64,000 nt of DNA from a virus (lineage: Duplodnaviria; Caudoviricetes): IMG/VR virus record IMGVR_UViG_3300031867_000008, positions 76,957 through 140,956 of that record; one strand, given 5' to 3'. This document shows positions 62,939-64,000 of this stretch, in pieces. The translations under genes and the position numbers were made by a program. The notes beneath the pieces were generated by a model that saw only the letters and a program-made list of their open reading frames with translations, had not been told where the DNA came from and ran no database searches. Positions within the stretch are counted from its first letter, which is position 1. Each line of letters starts with the position of its first letter.

Positions 62939-63262
62939 TTACACATTCTCATAAGTTCCGATTGTGTAATCATATCCGCTAATGTTGATTATCATTTCAC
63001 CATTATCTGCATACTTGACCTTTTTTCTTTTCTCAAACATTCCGATAGTTTTGTATATTCTTCTGTTTTCCTTTTCAGAAAAGACCACATCACAAACTTT
63101 TCTAAACTGAACATTAGCATAATATCCAGTTATTCCCGTTACTATGAACGAATCTATTTGCCGCTTCCAGCCGTCATTGTCTGTCATAGTTCTTTGTTTG
63201 TCAAGCCATTTTTCCGACTTGTCAATGTTTACTTTGTATACTTTGTTCTTGATGTTCTCCAT
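62939..63262 (-). CDS. Hypothetical protein
   Basis: 107 aa, AGGAGG RBS. Confidence 0.7.
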   Translation of the reverse strand: MENIKNKVYKVNIDKSEKWLDKQRTMTDNDGWKRQIDSFIVTGITGYYANVQFRKVCDVVFSEKENRRIYKTIGMFEKRKKVKYADNGEMIINISGYDYTIGTYENV

Positions 63263-63387
63263 AGTTCATTCCTCCTATTAGTTGCAGTTCCGTTTACTTC
63301 TTATGTAATAGTACACTTTCAATCCTCATGCGGATAGATCGTGTATAAGTAGCGGAGATTTAAGGCTCTCCGCTAAAGCCTGTTAAA

Positions 63388-64000
63388 TTACAGATTATAT
63401 TTTTCTGCCTGTTCTTTGGTACAGAAGAAATGAAAGCCGGAAGCACATTCATCTTCTGACATATCAAAGTTATCTATTTCGATTTCGTCACCGATTTCAT
63501 AACAAGTGTTTGAATCATATATAGATATACCTATCTTCTGTCCGTAAAAATCGCCTATAATGTCGGTAATTATAGCCTTTGAAGCTCTGCACTTGCTATT
63601 ATATGAACCTCTAACATGAGCATCTTTAGGAATGGAAGCAACTATTATCACTCCATTTAGACACTTCTTGTATACCTTTTCAGGTGGGTCTATAATTCTT
63701 GTTGGTAATCCTCTTTCACCAGCTATTTTCATAGCCGCCTGTCTTACACGCCAATCGTCGTCTTTCAGACCTCTCTCGATGATGTCAAGGGGAACTTCAC
63801 GTCCGTTGCAAGCGTTCATAGCCGCCTGTCTTACACGCCAATCGCCGTCTTTCAGACCTCTCTCGATGATGTCAAGGGGAACTTCACGTCCGTTGCAAGC
63901 GTTCATAGCCGCCTGTCTTACACGCCAATCGTCGTCTTTCAGACCTCTCTCGATGATGTCAAGGGGAACTTCACGTCCGTTGCAAGCGTTCATAGCCGCC
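63388..64000 (-). CDS. HEAT-repeat protein with a DUF5758-like C-terminal domain (5' end outside the window)
   Basis: 29-aa repeats (..GLKDDDWRVRQAAM..) followed by KCRASKA...ECASGFHFF.T...A..Y. Confidence 0.8.
   Translation of the reverse strand, partial: AAMNACNGREVPLDIIERGLKDDDWRVRQAAMNACNGREVPLDIIERGLKDGDWRVRQAAMNACNGREVPLDIIERGLKDDDWRVRQAAMKIAGERGLPTRIIDPPEKVYKKCLNGVIIVASIPKDAHVRGSYNSKCRASKAIITDIIGDFYGQKIGISIYDSNTCYEIGDEIEIDNFDMSEDECASGFHFFCTKEQAEKYNL
63730..64000. repeat. 87-bp coding tandem repeat, at least 3 near-identical copies
   Basis: Units start at 63730, 63817, 63904 and 63991; one substitution seen (D to G in the middle copy). Confidence 0.92.

Noticed and set aside
392-63337. 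The many plus-strand ORFs of the track outside 45290-47899, and nested minus-strand ORFs such as 45362-45649 and 47081-47374
   Set aside because: They are antisense or off-frame shadows of real genes, tRNAs or promoters, with no RBS and no recognisable motifs.
63730-64000. Diversity-generating retroelement template/variable repeat
   Set aside because: The repeats are tandem and in frame with a single difference, and no reverse transcriptase is present in the window.

Overview
A 64-kb, AT-rich segment of a large, probably temperate, phage of an anaerobic Firmicute (Clostridia-like sigma-A promoters and Shine-Dalgarno signals). It has no structural genes and no rRNA, and almost all genes are on the minus strand. 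Left to right: (1) nucleotide metabolism and DNA modification genes (dUTPase, cysteine desulfurase, NrdD/NrdG with an adjacent OFA-family transporter, seven DNA methyltransferase loci, a PAPS-reductase-domain gene, TnpB); (2) a replisome in SPbeta-like order (SSB-like protein, AAA ATPase, DnaB helicase, primase, RecJ, DNA polymerase, RecD2); (3) a tRNA cluster containing a candidate protein plus structured-RNA module; (4) a control region (MrpR-like degenerate recombinase, orphan MazF, three ParB/Srx-fold proteins) divergent from the only plus-strand island, which holds an RHH regulator and three tandem type III toxin-antitoxin cassettes; (5) RNA ligase, Thg1, a Rep-like protein, a tyrosine recombinase, a beta clamp and many small genes. 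Main candidates for new biology: a simple-sequence-repeat switchboard that selects between overlapping reading frames in a modular C5-methyltransferase and a PAPS-reductase gene; the triple type III TA array, whose antitoxin repeats covary as pseudoknots and one of whose toxins carries a nonsense mutation; a ~420-nt heptamer-repeat RNA behind a DIP1984/DUF6847-like gene; and an apparent family-B/DnaE-tail chimeric polymerase. All family assignments come from motif recognition and recall; no database search was run.
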